Assembly (NCBI RefSeq): GCF_009914755.1
Contig: NC_060935.1
Strand: one strand, 5' to 3'
From: the human T2T-CHM13v2.0 reference genome, Homo sapiens
Length of the DNA: 64,000 nt
A model generated the notes under the pieces. The model was given only the letters and a program-made list of their open reading frames with translations, ran no database searches and was not told the DNA's origin. The stretch's first letter is position 1; each line of letters starts with the position of its first letter. Shown piece by piece: positions 37,771-50,480 of this stretch. The position numbers and the translations under genes are program-made.

Positions 37771-38070
37771 TGCCTGGGCACGGTGGCTCACACCTGTAAT
37801 CCCAGCACTTTGGGAGGCCGAGGCGGGCTCATCACCTGAGGTCAGGAGTTCAAGACCAGCCTGGCCAACCTAGTGAAACCCCGTCTCTACAAAAATACAA
37901 AAATTAGGCAGGCATGATGGCGGGTGCCTGTAATCCCAGCTACTTGGGAGGCTAAGGCAGAAGAATCCCTTGAGCCCGGGAGATGGGGTTGCAGTGAGCC
38001 TGGATCATGCCATTGCACTCCAGCCTGTGCAACAGAGCCAGACTCCGCCTCAAAAAAAAAAAAAAAAAAA
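37771..38070 (+). mobile_element. AluSx-like
   Basis: Dimeric Alu with atcacctgaggtcaggagttcaagaccagcctggcc; poly-A; TSD aattaaac. Confidence 0.95.
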
Positions 38071-38689
38071 TTAAACCCTGCTTACAATTAGTCTCTGTAA
38101 GCAGAAAGAAACTTAATGCTGGACAAATGAGGAAGCTGAAACTACTTTTTGCACTGTCGTTCTGATACAATTAATAGCATAAAAAACCACACATTAAGTA
38201 AGAAGAGGACCTGAGCTCCTCCAAACACTCTTAATTGAAATAAGGTATCGTTACGAGTTTATCCAAAAACCTTTTTAAATCTGTAGGAAGAGGGTGGATG
38301 GAGGGGAGGAAAAGCAGTTAGGTACTTTTGAATTGCAAAATGAAGAAAATAATATTACCTTCAGAATTATGTAAATCATCTGAAAGAGGTAGAAGGGTTT
38401 CCAGGTCAACAAGACCTGAATGCCGCCTAATTGAGTTCATTAATGGATCTAAGGAAAGAATATACCTATGCAATGGAGAGTTCGTTGGCCAGTGAGGCAA
38501 CCAACTCTTGCCAGAGGCAAGGAGTCTCTGAGACAGTGTCTGGCAGTGCATGTCATAGCTCTATTCCCTCTATTCTATTGGCCTTACCAATAGATCTTTA
38601 TGAGAGTATAGGCATCTGGCAATTACATTCTTTATGTTGCTAGAGGGACAGCAGGAGTCAGACCATGAGGTCATTAGACTTCAGACCAA

Positions 38690-39093
38690 GTATGGTCACC
38701 AGGTATATTCACCAATATCCACTTCCTCTCTACTGTGGGGTACAAGAGATGGTTGCACCTCACCTCCTTAAACTTAGGTATAGCAATTTAGGTATAGCAA
38801 GTAAATAGATATTTACTTTAGCCAATGAATGTGAGTTTAAGCAACATATGTCACTTCTTGGTGGATGATTGTAAAAGCTAGTGTAAGATCCTTCATTATT
38901 CCTTTCCCCTTGCTGAAACAATTTCATGAAGTACACCCTCTATCATCTTGAGCTCCTAAGTGAAGATGTCTTAGAGCCAGATACTCACCACTCACTGTGG
39001 ACACAACGTTTGAGAGATAAATCCATCTTAGAATTTAAGGATACTGAGATTTTGTGGTTATCTGAACTGGATTAAGCTAGCCTACTCAGACAC
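38690..39093 (+). mobile_element. MLT1 (I/J-like) LTR
   Basis: actttagccaatgaatgtgag...atgtcacttct...taaggatactgagattttgtggtt...gctagcctactcagacaca. Confidence 0.7.
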
Positions 39094-39554
39094 AGGTAAG
39101 CTGAGGGTTATCATTTGGCTCCCTTTATAATTTCTGTACTAAGGGATAATGAACTGGTTAGAGTATATGGACATTTAGTCAGCTTAGAAACTTTTTTGCA
39201 TTAAAATTAATAAACTCTAGTAAGTATCTATTCATCTCCAGCAGTATCTTGTAAGCTTTACTATTATGAAGCAATATCCCCAATTTCGACTGGCTCTGGG
39301 ATGTTGGCAAATTAAGAGTTTTTGAACTTGCAAAATAAAAAGCTTGATCCTGGAGCTTGATAAGTTCAAAAAGGAAACTCTCCCATTTGAATAATCTTTC
39401 AAGTCACGTGGCTCTTTCTGACCACATCTAACCCATGTCCACATCTGTTTATTAGAAGAGTTAACAGTAGTCACTGATGTTTTAAATTTGAATAACCTAC
39501 TGGGGTCTTAATATTCTATGCATTTTAAATGGCAAACTGAGTCTCTAACACTTT

Positions 39555-39760
39555 ATTGTACATCTACTATACACCAGACCACAAATGCTTTTATACAAAT
39601 ACAACTTCATAATTTTCATAAAAGCCATGTAAGGTAAATTTAATCCATCCTCAATTTAGAGATGATACACCTGTGGCTTGCTTAAGTAATTGATTGCACA
39701 GCTAACATGGAGCCAGAATTTCAATTCAGGTATTCTAGGTCCAGAGGTCTTTACACAGTA
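39555..39760 (-). mobile_element. MIR SINE
   Basis: catctactatacaccagac...atttagagatgatacacctgtggct...gagccagaatttcaattcagg. Confidence 0.65.
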
Positions 39761-40409
39761 AAGAATTTAATTGGATGTTCCTAAATCAGCTAAAAGAGCC
39801 TCCTGTATGCAATGATTTGGTAAAAATGTCCCTATTTACCCCTTCTCTATGGTACTTAGTTTGATATACTTTGAATATATAATATTTCTATTTTTGATTT
39901 TATTCATTAGCAATAACAAACAATACCCAATAATGAGACTAAATAACATAATTCCTACAGAGCCAAAGTGAGTCATGTGTAACAATTTATAAGAAACCCC
40001 CAAATAACTCTAAAGGATGATAATTGAATAAGCATTTGACACAAATTTACTGAACTCATTCCAAAATGGTTTTCCCTGACTCTGTGGTCATTGAACTAAT
40101 CAATATAATCTTGCTTAAATAAGTAGTCAATATGTATGGCTCTCAGAAGACAGGTCTATAATATTTCTGCTTTAAGACAGATATGGCACTACAGAAGAGA
40201 CAGGATCAAAGCAATTGTGAATATAGATTCCACATCATTTGCCTGTGTTTTTCGGTGCCATCTGGTTCCTCCAAACTTGATAAAGGTTTTGTGAGAAGTA
40301 AATACATCAACAGCAGAAACAGCAGACCATATGAAGGTCCTACTGTAGTGTAGGCATATAATTGGGTACTCATTAAATGTTAATTCTCTTCCTGTTTCTT
40401 TTATTATTT

Positions 40410-40785
40410 TGTGTTAATCTGGTTAGGTTAGGTTTGTTGTAAGAATGCAGTAAACCTGAAATCTCAGTAGCTTAATAATACAAAGGCTAGTTCTCACTCA
40501 TTGCAGGTTAGGGCACTCTGATCTATATAGTCATTCAAGGATCTAGACTAACACACCACATTTTGTAGCTATACCATCTAAAACATGAGGTCTCCTTGAT
40601 CCCGGTGTCAGGAAAGAGAATGGTAGAGGGAAGGCAACCTGACATTTCTGTGCTTCGATCTGGGAGAGACACATATGCCTTTTTCCACAATCTATTGGTC
40701 AGAACTAATTATATACCCCTGTCACCTATAAGGGGACCTAGTAATGTGGAGTGGCAGATGGGGATAGCCTCATTGTCTTTGTCAT
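40410..40785 (-). mobile_element. MLT1 (J/I-like) LTR
   Basis: gaaatctcagtagcttaataatacaaagg...ttctcactca...gtcattcaaggatctagact...ctattggtcagaacta. Confidence 0.75.
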
Positions 40786-41715
40786 GCCTTCCCTATCTCT
40801 ATAAATGAGGTAGATCTCAATAAAGGGTTGAGTGACAAAAGTATTATCTGTGAGTAGGCCCTCTAAGAGACCTTTAGCAAGGCTCAAGCACCTTAAATTT
40901 TTGAAGATTATGATCCATAAGTTCATCTGTCCCAAACAGATTTAACACAGAGTGGGTTAGGTTTTGGTTAGACTTGGTTGGAATAAATCATCATTTTTCT
41001 CCTCTGATTAAATTATCCAAAGTTGGAGCCCTCTTTGAGCTGACCACCTAGGCCAAATGAAGTTACTGATTCTGCTTTTTCTTTAGGTTCTTCCTAGTAG
41101 TACAAGTTTAAGTCCCAAAGTTGCAGGGTGATGTGAACCACATATTAATTATTTACATGTTTATGCGAGTGACAAGATGATTTCCTTCTATTGGAAATAG
41201 GTGTGAAAATCTGCCTCAAATGACACTTTTTACTCTCAGAAACAGAAAAGAAGGTGAAAAGTCTTTCGAGCAAATGCAGGAAAAAGTCCTATGAATGTTC
41301 TTGGAGTAATGTATGTATCAGCCACTAATAAATTTCCTCATCATTGGCTTAAAAAATCAGCTACCCCAAGACAAGGGAGTGAAATATCTTTCTAATTATA
41401 CATGCATTCAATAGCTCAATAGTTATTTGATACTCCTGTATCAAACATTGAACATATAAAGATATTCAAGACCCTGGCTCTGAGTATGTTGCTAGCAAAA
41501 AAATGTGCCTCTTGATAAATTGAAGATATAATGCATGTATAAGACATTCTAGAAGGAGGATATAGATTCTTCTTACTCTGACCTGAGAAGGCCAACAAAA
41601 ATAATGGTAAGACATCTACTACCCAAAATTGGAAGTGAGTGTAATAGGAAAACTTACATAGAAACTTTGTTTTCAGGAGAAATGTCTAGCGGTCATAGTT
41701 AACTTATTTTACCTA

Positions 41716-41729
41716 GTTGCTTAGGCAAC
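41716..41729. promoter_or_regulatory. RFX X-box motif
   Basis: GTTGCTTAGGCAAC versus consensus GTTGCCATGGCAAC, in repeat-free sequence; function untested. Confidence 0.45.
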
Positions 41730-42199
41730 CAAAAACCAAAAGAAAAACTATGGGAAAAGGTACAGAATGATTAATCAACAATTATTAGTCTTTTTTTCAG
41801 AGTCTGTGTTTATCTGAAAGTTATAATTTGTTTACTTGGTTCTAAATATATGAGTACCGATGACAAACTCATCTTGTAATTCAAGATAAACCATAAACTC
41901 AGTGTTTATAAAATTATCATTAATGTAAAAATACTTAACACAGTGCCTAGCTTAAATAAAATGCTTGATAAAATTTAGCCACTATAAATATTGTTTCATA
42001 AGAATTAATATTTATTGGCATAAAAATCTCAAAAAGAATAGAGTAACAGAAAAATCTCTCTGGGTATATAGCTGATGGTCATCAAGGGGAAAGAGTCAGA
42101 TGTATTTTTGTTGCCAAAGTTCTAAAATAATATAAAGTTTACTCACTTCAGAATGTCCTAATAACTTAGGTATTTTATGAAAACTTTTTAATTCAATCC

Positions 42200-42660
42200 T
42201 TTCTAAATAAAGGTATTGTGAAAGATACTGTAAGTTCTGTAAGATACAGTAACATACTACTCCAGCCTTTAGGATGCTCAAAAGCTAGTAAGAATGTTAA
42301 GAGAAATACAGAGATAACTATACTGAGGTTCAGCCAGAAGATAATTAAGAAAAACCATGGGGATTGTGTAAAGGACACAGCTGGGAAAAATGAGGAAGGC
42401 TTCACCAAGGAAGTACCACTAAAATGGCATTGAAAAACAGGAGGATTTCAACAGGTGAAGAAAAAGGTGAAGAACCAGTTGGGGCGAAAGTGGGAGTACA
42501 TTCCATGTGAACAAATACGGAAGGAAAAAGCACCTAATGTATTTCAGGAAGATAATCCCATTTTATTGGAGACAAAGTATTCATGGATCAGAGGTAGAAT
42601 TGGATCAAATTAGAGATGAATTTGAATGACAGAGTAAAAAATAATTGTAAAGCTCAAGAC
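42200..42660 (-). mobile_element. L2 fragment
   Basis: gaggaaggcttcaccaaggaagt...ttgaaaaacaggaggatttcaacaggtgaag. Confidence 0.55.
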
Positions 42661-43984
42661 ATACTATCTTTAATCTTTGTGTTCTCTTTCTCTCACTTTA
42701 CTGAAAGAAACTTCCAGCATTGCCCCTCAGAATCCTGCTTTAGGTGTTGATAACAACCAAAGGAAACTCAAATTGGGAGAAAGAGGCAGTTTAGTTTTTA
42801 GAATTAGAAAACAACCTGTTGAAAGTCAAAGAGAAGATCAGAGAAAAAAGAGTTGTATCATACCAATAGACGTGGAAAGACAATAGAGAAACAGGAGGCC
42901 CCAAGTGCCCAGTGACTTCACTGGAAAGGAATCCTGGGAGGTGGTAGGAGAATAAAGTTCGGGTAAGGATGGTAAGATGACCTCCAGATCTTGTTGGAAT
43001 TGGGGAAGGCCTTAGTTGATGGCCATGGTCAAAGTCATCTTGCTGCATGGGAGCTTTGCCAACTGAGCCAAGTTAGCCTCTTTGCTGTTGGGTATAGGTT
43101 TTCCAAGCTGTGACTCATCCAACAGAAGGATCCCCTTCCTTAGCCCTGAGATTTGTATGTATTCCTATTTAAACTGCTCTCTTATGTGTGACCAGCACCC
43201 TGCATTTTCCATAGTTAAGGACACTTGCAAGACAGCTTACTCTGCTTCCCCATCACCACCTCACTGCTTCTGAGCCAGAAAATGGGCTAGAATCCAAAGG
43301 AGTGGTGGCTATGTAAAAGATGCCTTTCACACCAAGTAAGCTTAAAGGGACTAGATTCCTATACGAGGTGAAGAAAGATGACTGCAGATTTTCAAAAGAC
43401 CTGGTAAAACTAATAAATACTGTAGTTTATCTGTAACTTTTAAAGGTCTGTGACTGTACACCTAAATAAATGTTAAATATTTGTAGAATTGATCCAATAA
43501 ACTAAATGTCACCTGGGGCATAAAGATGTGCTGCCTCTCTTCAAGAGTATTCAGGTAAGGTATATTCACTGGAATATTCAAAGATGAGATCTAACTCACC
43601 ACAACTGCTCAAGTGTTCATAATAGTATCAGTGCTTAAGGCTCAGAAATACTGAATAATTTCACATAATATTGTAAACCTAATAGATAATAGAGAGGACT
43701 CAAATTAGTTGTTCTGTCTCTCTTTTTTTTCTTTCTATAATACAGATTCATCCCCTGCATGGCTTTATGTTTGGGACTTAAGGGATAAAGTCACTTCAAA
43801 GTTTATGATAGTATAAAACAAACGGCACTGCAGTATTTTTCCTTTTATTAGGTATTATCTGTCTTTAGTCTCAGCACTGATTATTTATGTTCCGAAGGAT
43901 AATGGTGGTTCATCTTTCTTCTACATTTTAGTATAGGCAACTTTATTTGTACACTAACTGCTTTTTGACCATTATCACTTATTT

Positions 43985-44460
43985 TTCTTCCTAAACCATC
44001 TACTATTCCTATTTAAAAATGTGTTTCTGAAATATATCCCACTAAACACTCCATTCCCTGCTTCCAGTGAAAGGAACACACAGTCCCTTAGGACTCAAAA
44101 ATATCCTATAGCTCTCCATAGTCTACAAAGTAAAGGTTATACCCTTCCCATTGATATACCATGTTCTCCTCAACCTGTCCCCATTTTATTATACAAACCT
44201 AGCTCCTAATAATTTATGTCAGTTGGCCTTCATTTCAACCAAAGCAAAACGCTGGCTCCAGGATCTCACATTATATGCCTTTATGATGCTTGTATTCGTA
44301 TTATTCCTTCTTTCTAGATTGATTTACATGGACTTTTCCATGCATCCAAATGCAACATGACCTTTAATGTTCACCTCAAAATTTAATTCCTCCATGAAAC
44401 CCTTCCTAATCATCCATATTCAAAGTATCTTTTCTATGTAAAATTTCATATATTCTATCA
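43985..44460 (+). mobile_element. L2 fragment
   Basis: tttaatgttcacctcaaaatttaattcctccatgaaacccttccta. Confidence 0.55.
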
Positions 44461-44689
44461 TGTCTTGGAATTATTTTTGCCGGAGGACTATAAGAAAGAA
44501 GATGATATGGTAGAGGAGAAATAGGGAAGAAAAAGGAGAAAAAAGAGGCAGAAAAAGTTAAAAAGAGAGGAAGAGGAGGAAGAGGAAGTACCAAAAGAAA
44601 AATAGAAAAAAAGAAGATATTTTCAGAAGTGTTTGAATGAATGCTATTAAGAATGATTATTTAAAAGGTAATCATTAACAAATATCGAG

Positions 44690-44910
44690 AAATCAGGACA
44701 TTCAGTGGTTAGCAAGAACACAAGCTCATTCCCAGCTCTATGATTTAACAGATCTTTGATGCTGGGAAAGGAAAGTTCCTTAGCCCTCAGCTTTCTCATC
44801 TGTAAAATGGAAATAATAGCAGCTATCTTACAGCACTGTTGTGAGGATTAAGTAAGATTGTATTACTAAAGTGCCTAAGACATCTGGTTAATAGTTTCAA
44901 GTTCCACAAA
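44690..44910 (+). mobile_element. MIR SINE
   Basis: cctcagctttctcatctgtaaaatggaaataatagcagctatcttacagcactgttgtgaggattaa. Confidence 0.85.
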
Positions 44911-45505
44911 TGGAAATGCTTTAATACAGTTGGAGGTATGCTTTTACAAGTTCCTTTAAACCAGAAAGGTTTTAGCTTGGATTCAGTAGAAAAGATGAAA
45001 TTCCCAGCTTCTAAATTCCATTATTGTAAAAGTACCAAGGTCTGGACAGCTGGCAGGGCTGATTGAACAATATCCTTATGTGAAAAGCTCAGGAAAACTG
45101 AGCCCTGGTTTAATAACTTACTGGCCTCTGTTTAATCATAGGTCTTGATGACTCTCAGCGGAGATTTAATTTTTGGTCCCTGGAAATAGGCTATTGATGT
45201 CTTGACAGAAACAAGCAGAATAACAACTAGCTGTTGGTCAACAGGAATACACACACACACATATATGAGCAAAAAAAAAAAAAAAAAACCCGACAGATTT
45301 AATAATTAGATCTAAATGTGTTTTGGTAAAAGCAATGAGAATTGCCTGAGAAGGATAAGAAACATATGAACCTATGAGTACATCAAAACCCAATGGAACC
45401 AAATGGTGCCCAGTTTTCTTGTTTTGACATCCTCTATTTTCTAGAGTTCTGGAGAGTAGGAATAATGACAACTAAAAAATCCCATTCTAACAGATCTGAA
45501 TGGTT

Positions 45506-45540
45506 GCGTGTGTGTGTGTGTGTGTGTGTGCATATGTGTG
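45506..45540 (+). repeat. (TG)n microsatellite
   Basis: gcgtgtgtgtgtgtgtgtgtgtgtgcatatgtgtg. Confidence 0.9.
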
Positions 45541-45544
45541 TTAC

Positions 45545-45690
45545 CATATTTAATTCTCACTAGCTCTCCAGTGCATTATCTTCATATGGGATATTGTGAA
45601 ATTGAGGATAAAGAGGTTAAGACATTTACCTAGGTCATCTCAGAGTTAGTGGTAGAGCTAGAGTATGAAATCAAGAAGGATGCCAGAACC
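45545..45690 (-). mobile_element. MIR fragment
   Basis: gaaattgaggataaagaggttaagacatttacctaggtca...gtggtagagctag. Confidence 0.7.
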
Positions 45691-45778
45691 ACTCCCCAAC
45701 ATAAAATCTAAATAATAGGAAGAGGTAGAATGTCAGAGCACATTGCCAAAGTCAGGGGAAATCGGAAGCCAGGTATGG

Positions 45779-46130
45779 TGATATGGTTTGGCTGTGTCCC
45801 CACCCAAATTTCATCTTGAATTCCCACGTATTGTGGGACGGACCTGGTGGGAGATAAGTGAATCAGGGGCAGGTCTTTCTCGTGCTGTTCTCTTGACAGT
45901 GAGTAAGTCTCATAAGATCTGATGGTTATTATAAGGGGGAGTTTTCCTGCACAAACTCTATTTGCCTGCCGCCATCCACGTAAGATGTGACTTGCTCCTC
46001 CTTGCCTTCTGCCATGATTGTGGGGCCTCGCCAGCCAGGTAGAACTGTAAGTCAAATTAAACCTCTTCCTTCTGTAAATTGCCCAGTCTTGGGTATGTCT
46101 TTATCAGCAACGTGCAAACAGACTAATACA
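45779..46130 (+). mobile_element. THE1 (A/B) solo LTR, complete
   Basis: TGATATGGTTTGGCTGTGTCCCCACCCAAAT...gactaataCA; ATTAAA signal; 5-bp flanks tatgg/tacag. Confidence 0.95.
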
Positions 46131-47069
46131 TACAGTTACCAAGATGGACGCATTTTCTAGGACAGAGAAGGAAGATAATTGTATGACCACATCCTTGTTT
46201 GTTCTAACTGGGTTTCTAATATGGTGAACACAGCTGCCATTAAGAAACCAATTTTAAGAAGTATTCTATAGACCATTTTAGATGGTCAAAGCAAGTGGCA
46301 GTTCTGCTCATAGCTGATAGTGCCTACCTCAAAGTTCTAAACACATTTCCAACTTCCACTTGCAGTCAAGTTCCATGGTTTTTAAAAATTACAGAAATCT
46401 TTTTTCTTGCTACATTCCTCTCTAAAATGCTCACACTGTGAATGTTAAACATGTGTTTTACCTAATACACTTTCCCTGGTGGTGTGGCCCGGTCATTGAT
46501 TAAGCTCCTTTCCCAAGATCCACATTCACATTTCAATCTTTTGACTTTATCTCCTATAAAAGGAAAGTGTGTTACTTTCCCATTGCATTGTAGAGATTGT
46601 TGCTAAAAATAACAAGGATTGTTACATTCTAGAGGCTTTTAAAAAGACATTTTAAGTAAACATGAGGTAAAAAATTATGACCGAACAGAATTTATAAAAT
46701 AGAGTGTTGATTTAATTTTATACATGAGAGATATAAATTTAAGACTTTTCAGGCTGAAATATGTTACACTTAAGAAGAGAGGCACCAACTGTTCTAGTAT
46801 GAATAAAAGGGTTTTTAAAATTATTTTACCCCATAGAATCTATGTTCTGAAGAATTTTTCTGCCAAGCTAACTGCATATAATCAGTGATGATTTGATTTG
46901 TTTAACTACATTCAAGTATATGTGGAATAATCAAGACAAGCTTCTAATCAGTCCAAGCAAATCATTGTCAGTAGAGTGGGTGATATAACTCCAGCTTTCT
47001 TTCTTTAGAATGCACAGGCTTTTGTAGAGCCAATGTTCTACTGGATTAGGCTTTCTGATATATTTAAAG

Positions 47070-47310
47070 TAGCACAATTAAGGACTGAGGCTTTGTAGCA
47101 GGTAAATTAGAGTTTGAATACTGATTCTATCATCTAATGTCTGTGAGACCTTACACAATATATTTAGCTTCTCTAAACCTCAGGTTCCTCAGCTGTATAA
47201 TAAAGAAAATAATCACATATAACTCACAGAAGTAATGTGAAGAGTAGAATAATGAATGTAAAATGCGTAGTGCAACACCTAGCATATTTAGTAAGTGTTA
47301 GTTGCTGTTT
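47070..47310 (+). mobile_element. MIR SINE followed by a (CAT)n-like repeat to ~47360
   Basis: gagtttgaatactgattct...ctctaaacctcaggttcctcagctgtataat...taagtgttagttg. Confidence 0.8.
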
Positions 47311-47731
47311 TTGTCATCCTCATCATCATCCTAACCACAATCACCATCATTATTATTATGTCATCTTTATGATTACTGGATTCAAGAAGTGTAGCAGGCT
47401 TGGAAACTTTAGGTTGAGAAGTACTGTTTTAAATGGAGTGTCTTGTGATTTTGCACTTAAGTTCCAATAGACAGTTTTAACCATCAGACCAAAGGAATTA
47501 TATATAATTCCCAGGGGATACCAACTTTTTAAAGGCATGCTTATATAATAATATCATATTTCTAATGGTCAGGTTCCTGATGTTTTGATAAAAGGAACAG
47601 TTTTTCTATGATCTTAAAATGAAATGGCCATTGGGTATGGGAAAGAAGAGTGTAGAATAATGGTGGACAATATGAGATAAGATGGGATGACAAGACATGA
47701 TTTACAGTCACGTTTCCTTTTCTACCTGAAG

Positions 47732-47784
47732 TGTCCATCAGCTTGGGGACATGGTGTATGTCCATCAGCTTGGGGACATGGTGT
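47732..47784 (+). repeat. Perfect 27-bp-period tandem duplication
   Basis: tgtccatcagcttggggacatggtgt occurs twice, separated by one A. Confidence 0.95.
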
Positions 47785-48209
47785 GATGGTGGATTTATCA
47801 GGTCAGATTCAAATATCATCCAGCTGATTACTACTGACTCATTGGGTAGTTTTACTTTTGGCAGAGGCTCAGATTCTTGATAAATTTTACCACCTGCTTG
47901 AAAATAATTTGCCATCACCAAGCAGTGAAATTAGTTTTGCTAAGCAGAACAAAGACAATGATCAGTCTCTGCTTATCTAAATATAAGTAGTGGTGGGTTT
48001 TGTAATTGGTGTGTTTGGCAACTCTCCTCCTAGTCACCCATAAACTCTCTCCACCCATTCCACCCCCTTCCCATCCTCTCCAACCAGCCCCTGCCTGAAT
48101 CATAATAATAGCTCCTATTTTGGGAGCATTTTTATGCATCACACATTGCTCAGGTCCTTGGATACTGTAGTAGTCAGAAAAATGACCCCTCAAGGTGTTC
48201 ATCTCTACA

Positions 48210-48440
48210 TAAACAGTGAGCAGGCACTGGAGTCACTCAAACTTGATTCAAATCCCAACTCCACCACTCACATAGCTCTGAGATGGCCTGGTGAGCAAGA
48301 TTACACAGGCTCATTTAGGATGTGATGGGGCTTTCAACTGTAAAATGAGGATAATAATCTCTACTTTTATAGGTCCCTGATAATGTATACAAAGTGCTTA
48401 GAACAATGGCTGGCATATAATAGGCACTCAAAAAAAGGAT
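48210..48440 (+). mobile_element. MIR SINE
   Basis: ttcaaatcccaactccaccactca...ctgtaaaatgaggataataat...aagtgcttagaacaatggctggcata. Confidence 0.85.
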
Positions 48441-49699
48441 GTTAAAAAAACTAGTGATACTTCACATCTCTTCAATAATTTTATCAGGAACATGCCATCT
48501 GAAAGGTTCATTTTTGCTGAGGTAAGTATCTTGGCCCCAGGTAGAATTAATGAGGAATTTTTAAGAGCTTTGTCATAGTGTAACATAGATAGATCCATGA
48601 ATGGATTCAGTTGATGTAAGTGAGGTGGTTTAAAAGCAGACAGGGTAGGCAGTAGGGACAAGTGTCATGGCACATAAAAGACAGAGAAGACTTATATGCT
48701 CAAAATTATCTGCCTCTTATATGTTTCAATACCCATCATTAAAGACTGACAACTTATCTGTATATTCTCCCTTCAATCTCTTTGCAGGATCCCTTTACAA
48801 AAGGCAAACATTTCTTGTGTGTGGTCAAGAAAAAGCAAAGATAATACATGTGCTTCTTAGCTCTTAATCGGAAAGAATATGCTGCCCATGCCTTTGGCTT
48901 GAACCACTGTGCACCTGCTGACTGGGGGAAGAGAAAGAAAGGAGGTGAAAAGTGCTCTCAACATGAGGGTGAAAACAAATACTACTTTTGTCTAGGACAT
49001 ACTTTTTACCTGAAAGTAGAATGTTAAAATCTAAGACTTTCTTCCCCTGAGAGTAGCTGCTTAGAGACTGGCCAGAGACCCAGGGCCTTGGGCCACTCCC
49101 AGCAGAGAGGAGCATGTTCATGAAAACTGACCCAGGCAGATGGAGAAGATAGAGTCAGGACTATGTCAGGTAGTGGGCTGTAGCCTGGGCTGGTGATCTG
49201 TGTGAGCAAAATTCCAAGGGGTCCGGAAGTAGTAATGACTGATAGATAAACATGGTTTCAGGAAAGAGGACCAGAGGAAAGCATTTATTATAGCCAGGGG
49301 TGAGCTTCAGCTGTACTAGGCAGTGAGTAGCAGACCCTAAAGCATGACTAGAAGAAGCAAGAGCTATGCAAAGCCACAGGATCTAAGTGTTGGATGAGGT
49401 GTACAGAGGAATCCCTGAAAATACCTGGGAGCCAAGTTGACTTGCTGCAACATCTTCCAAAAGGAGCCTCCCTGCCCCAATTTTACCAATTTTCAGTTTC
49501 TCGTTTTAAAACCCATCAGTGACTTTGCATTGTCCCAAGAATCATTCTCAAATTATTTAGCTTTTCACATTTTTCTCTTATCACTTTCCTGTGCTTCAAA
49601 CACCATGGGAAATGACATAGAGACAGAAGCATACACACATGCTCACACCTACACACAAGCTCACCCACATACACACACCCATTTAAACATAAACCAGTT

Positions 49700-50480
49700 G
49701 TGTCGCTCATTTGCTCAAAATTTCTAACATTTTTCATTTGAATTACCATCGTACTTATATAATCTGTCCCTAAAACCATCTGTGACCTCATTTCCTACTA
49801 CTTGCTCTCATCTTGGTCATTCTTGCTATTTCTCTGACACAGGAACTACTACTGCCTCAAAGTCCTTGTGCTTTGGGGTTCCTGTGCCTAGATATTTGAT
49901 TAACCTGCTCTCTCATTTTCCTCAAGTCTCAGCTCAACATATCACCTAAGAGTTAGGGAAGCACGATCTGACTGCTCTGACATAAATGTGTCATACTATT
50001 CAGAGCACAAGTATAAACCATCATTTCCCCTTTTTTTGCCTTATTTTCCTTCAAGACATTCAAAACTACCTTCAAATTTATAACATTTTACATGTATGTC
50101 TCCTCTTCATAAGAAAAAGGACTGGGTCTTATTCATTTTATCACCAGGTCATTAGTTACCTGAACAGCCACTGCTATGCCTTCAATAAATATTTGTTGAA
50201 TAAACAAAAGAATAAATGATGTCACCTCAGTTATCATCTATTTTGGGAAAACTCTGGTTGCCCTCAAACTGTATATCATTCTCTTCTCTGTGCTTCCATA
50301 ATAACTTATGCTTATCCCTGCATTAACACTAACCATATGAACACTGGGCAGAAATGACCTCTAATTATGTGGCCTCCCTACTATTCTCCAAGCTCTGTGA
50401 AGTCATGGATTCAGCTTTGCTCACTGAAGCAAATGTGGTACACAATAGGTGATCCACGTATGTTTGAAGAATAAATGAAG
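49700..50480 (+). mobile_element. Two tandem L2 3' fragments
   Basis: ctcaagtctcagctcaacatatcacc...ttcaataaatatttgttgaataaa (to ~50220); second ends atgtttgaagaataaatgaa. Confidence 0.7.

Noticed and set aside
42700-43270. Possible ancient LTR-like segments here and at ~49070-49440
   Set aside because: Composition is suggestive but I cannot match them to a family with confidence
47562-47921. 119-aa ORF with repeated HHVPKLMD
   Set aside because: The peptide repeat merely reflects the 27-bp tandem duplication; no splice or homology support
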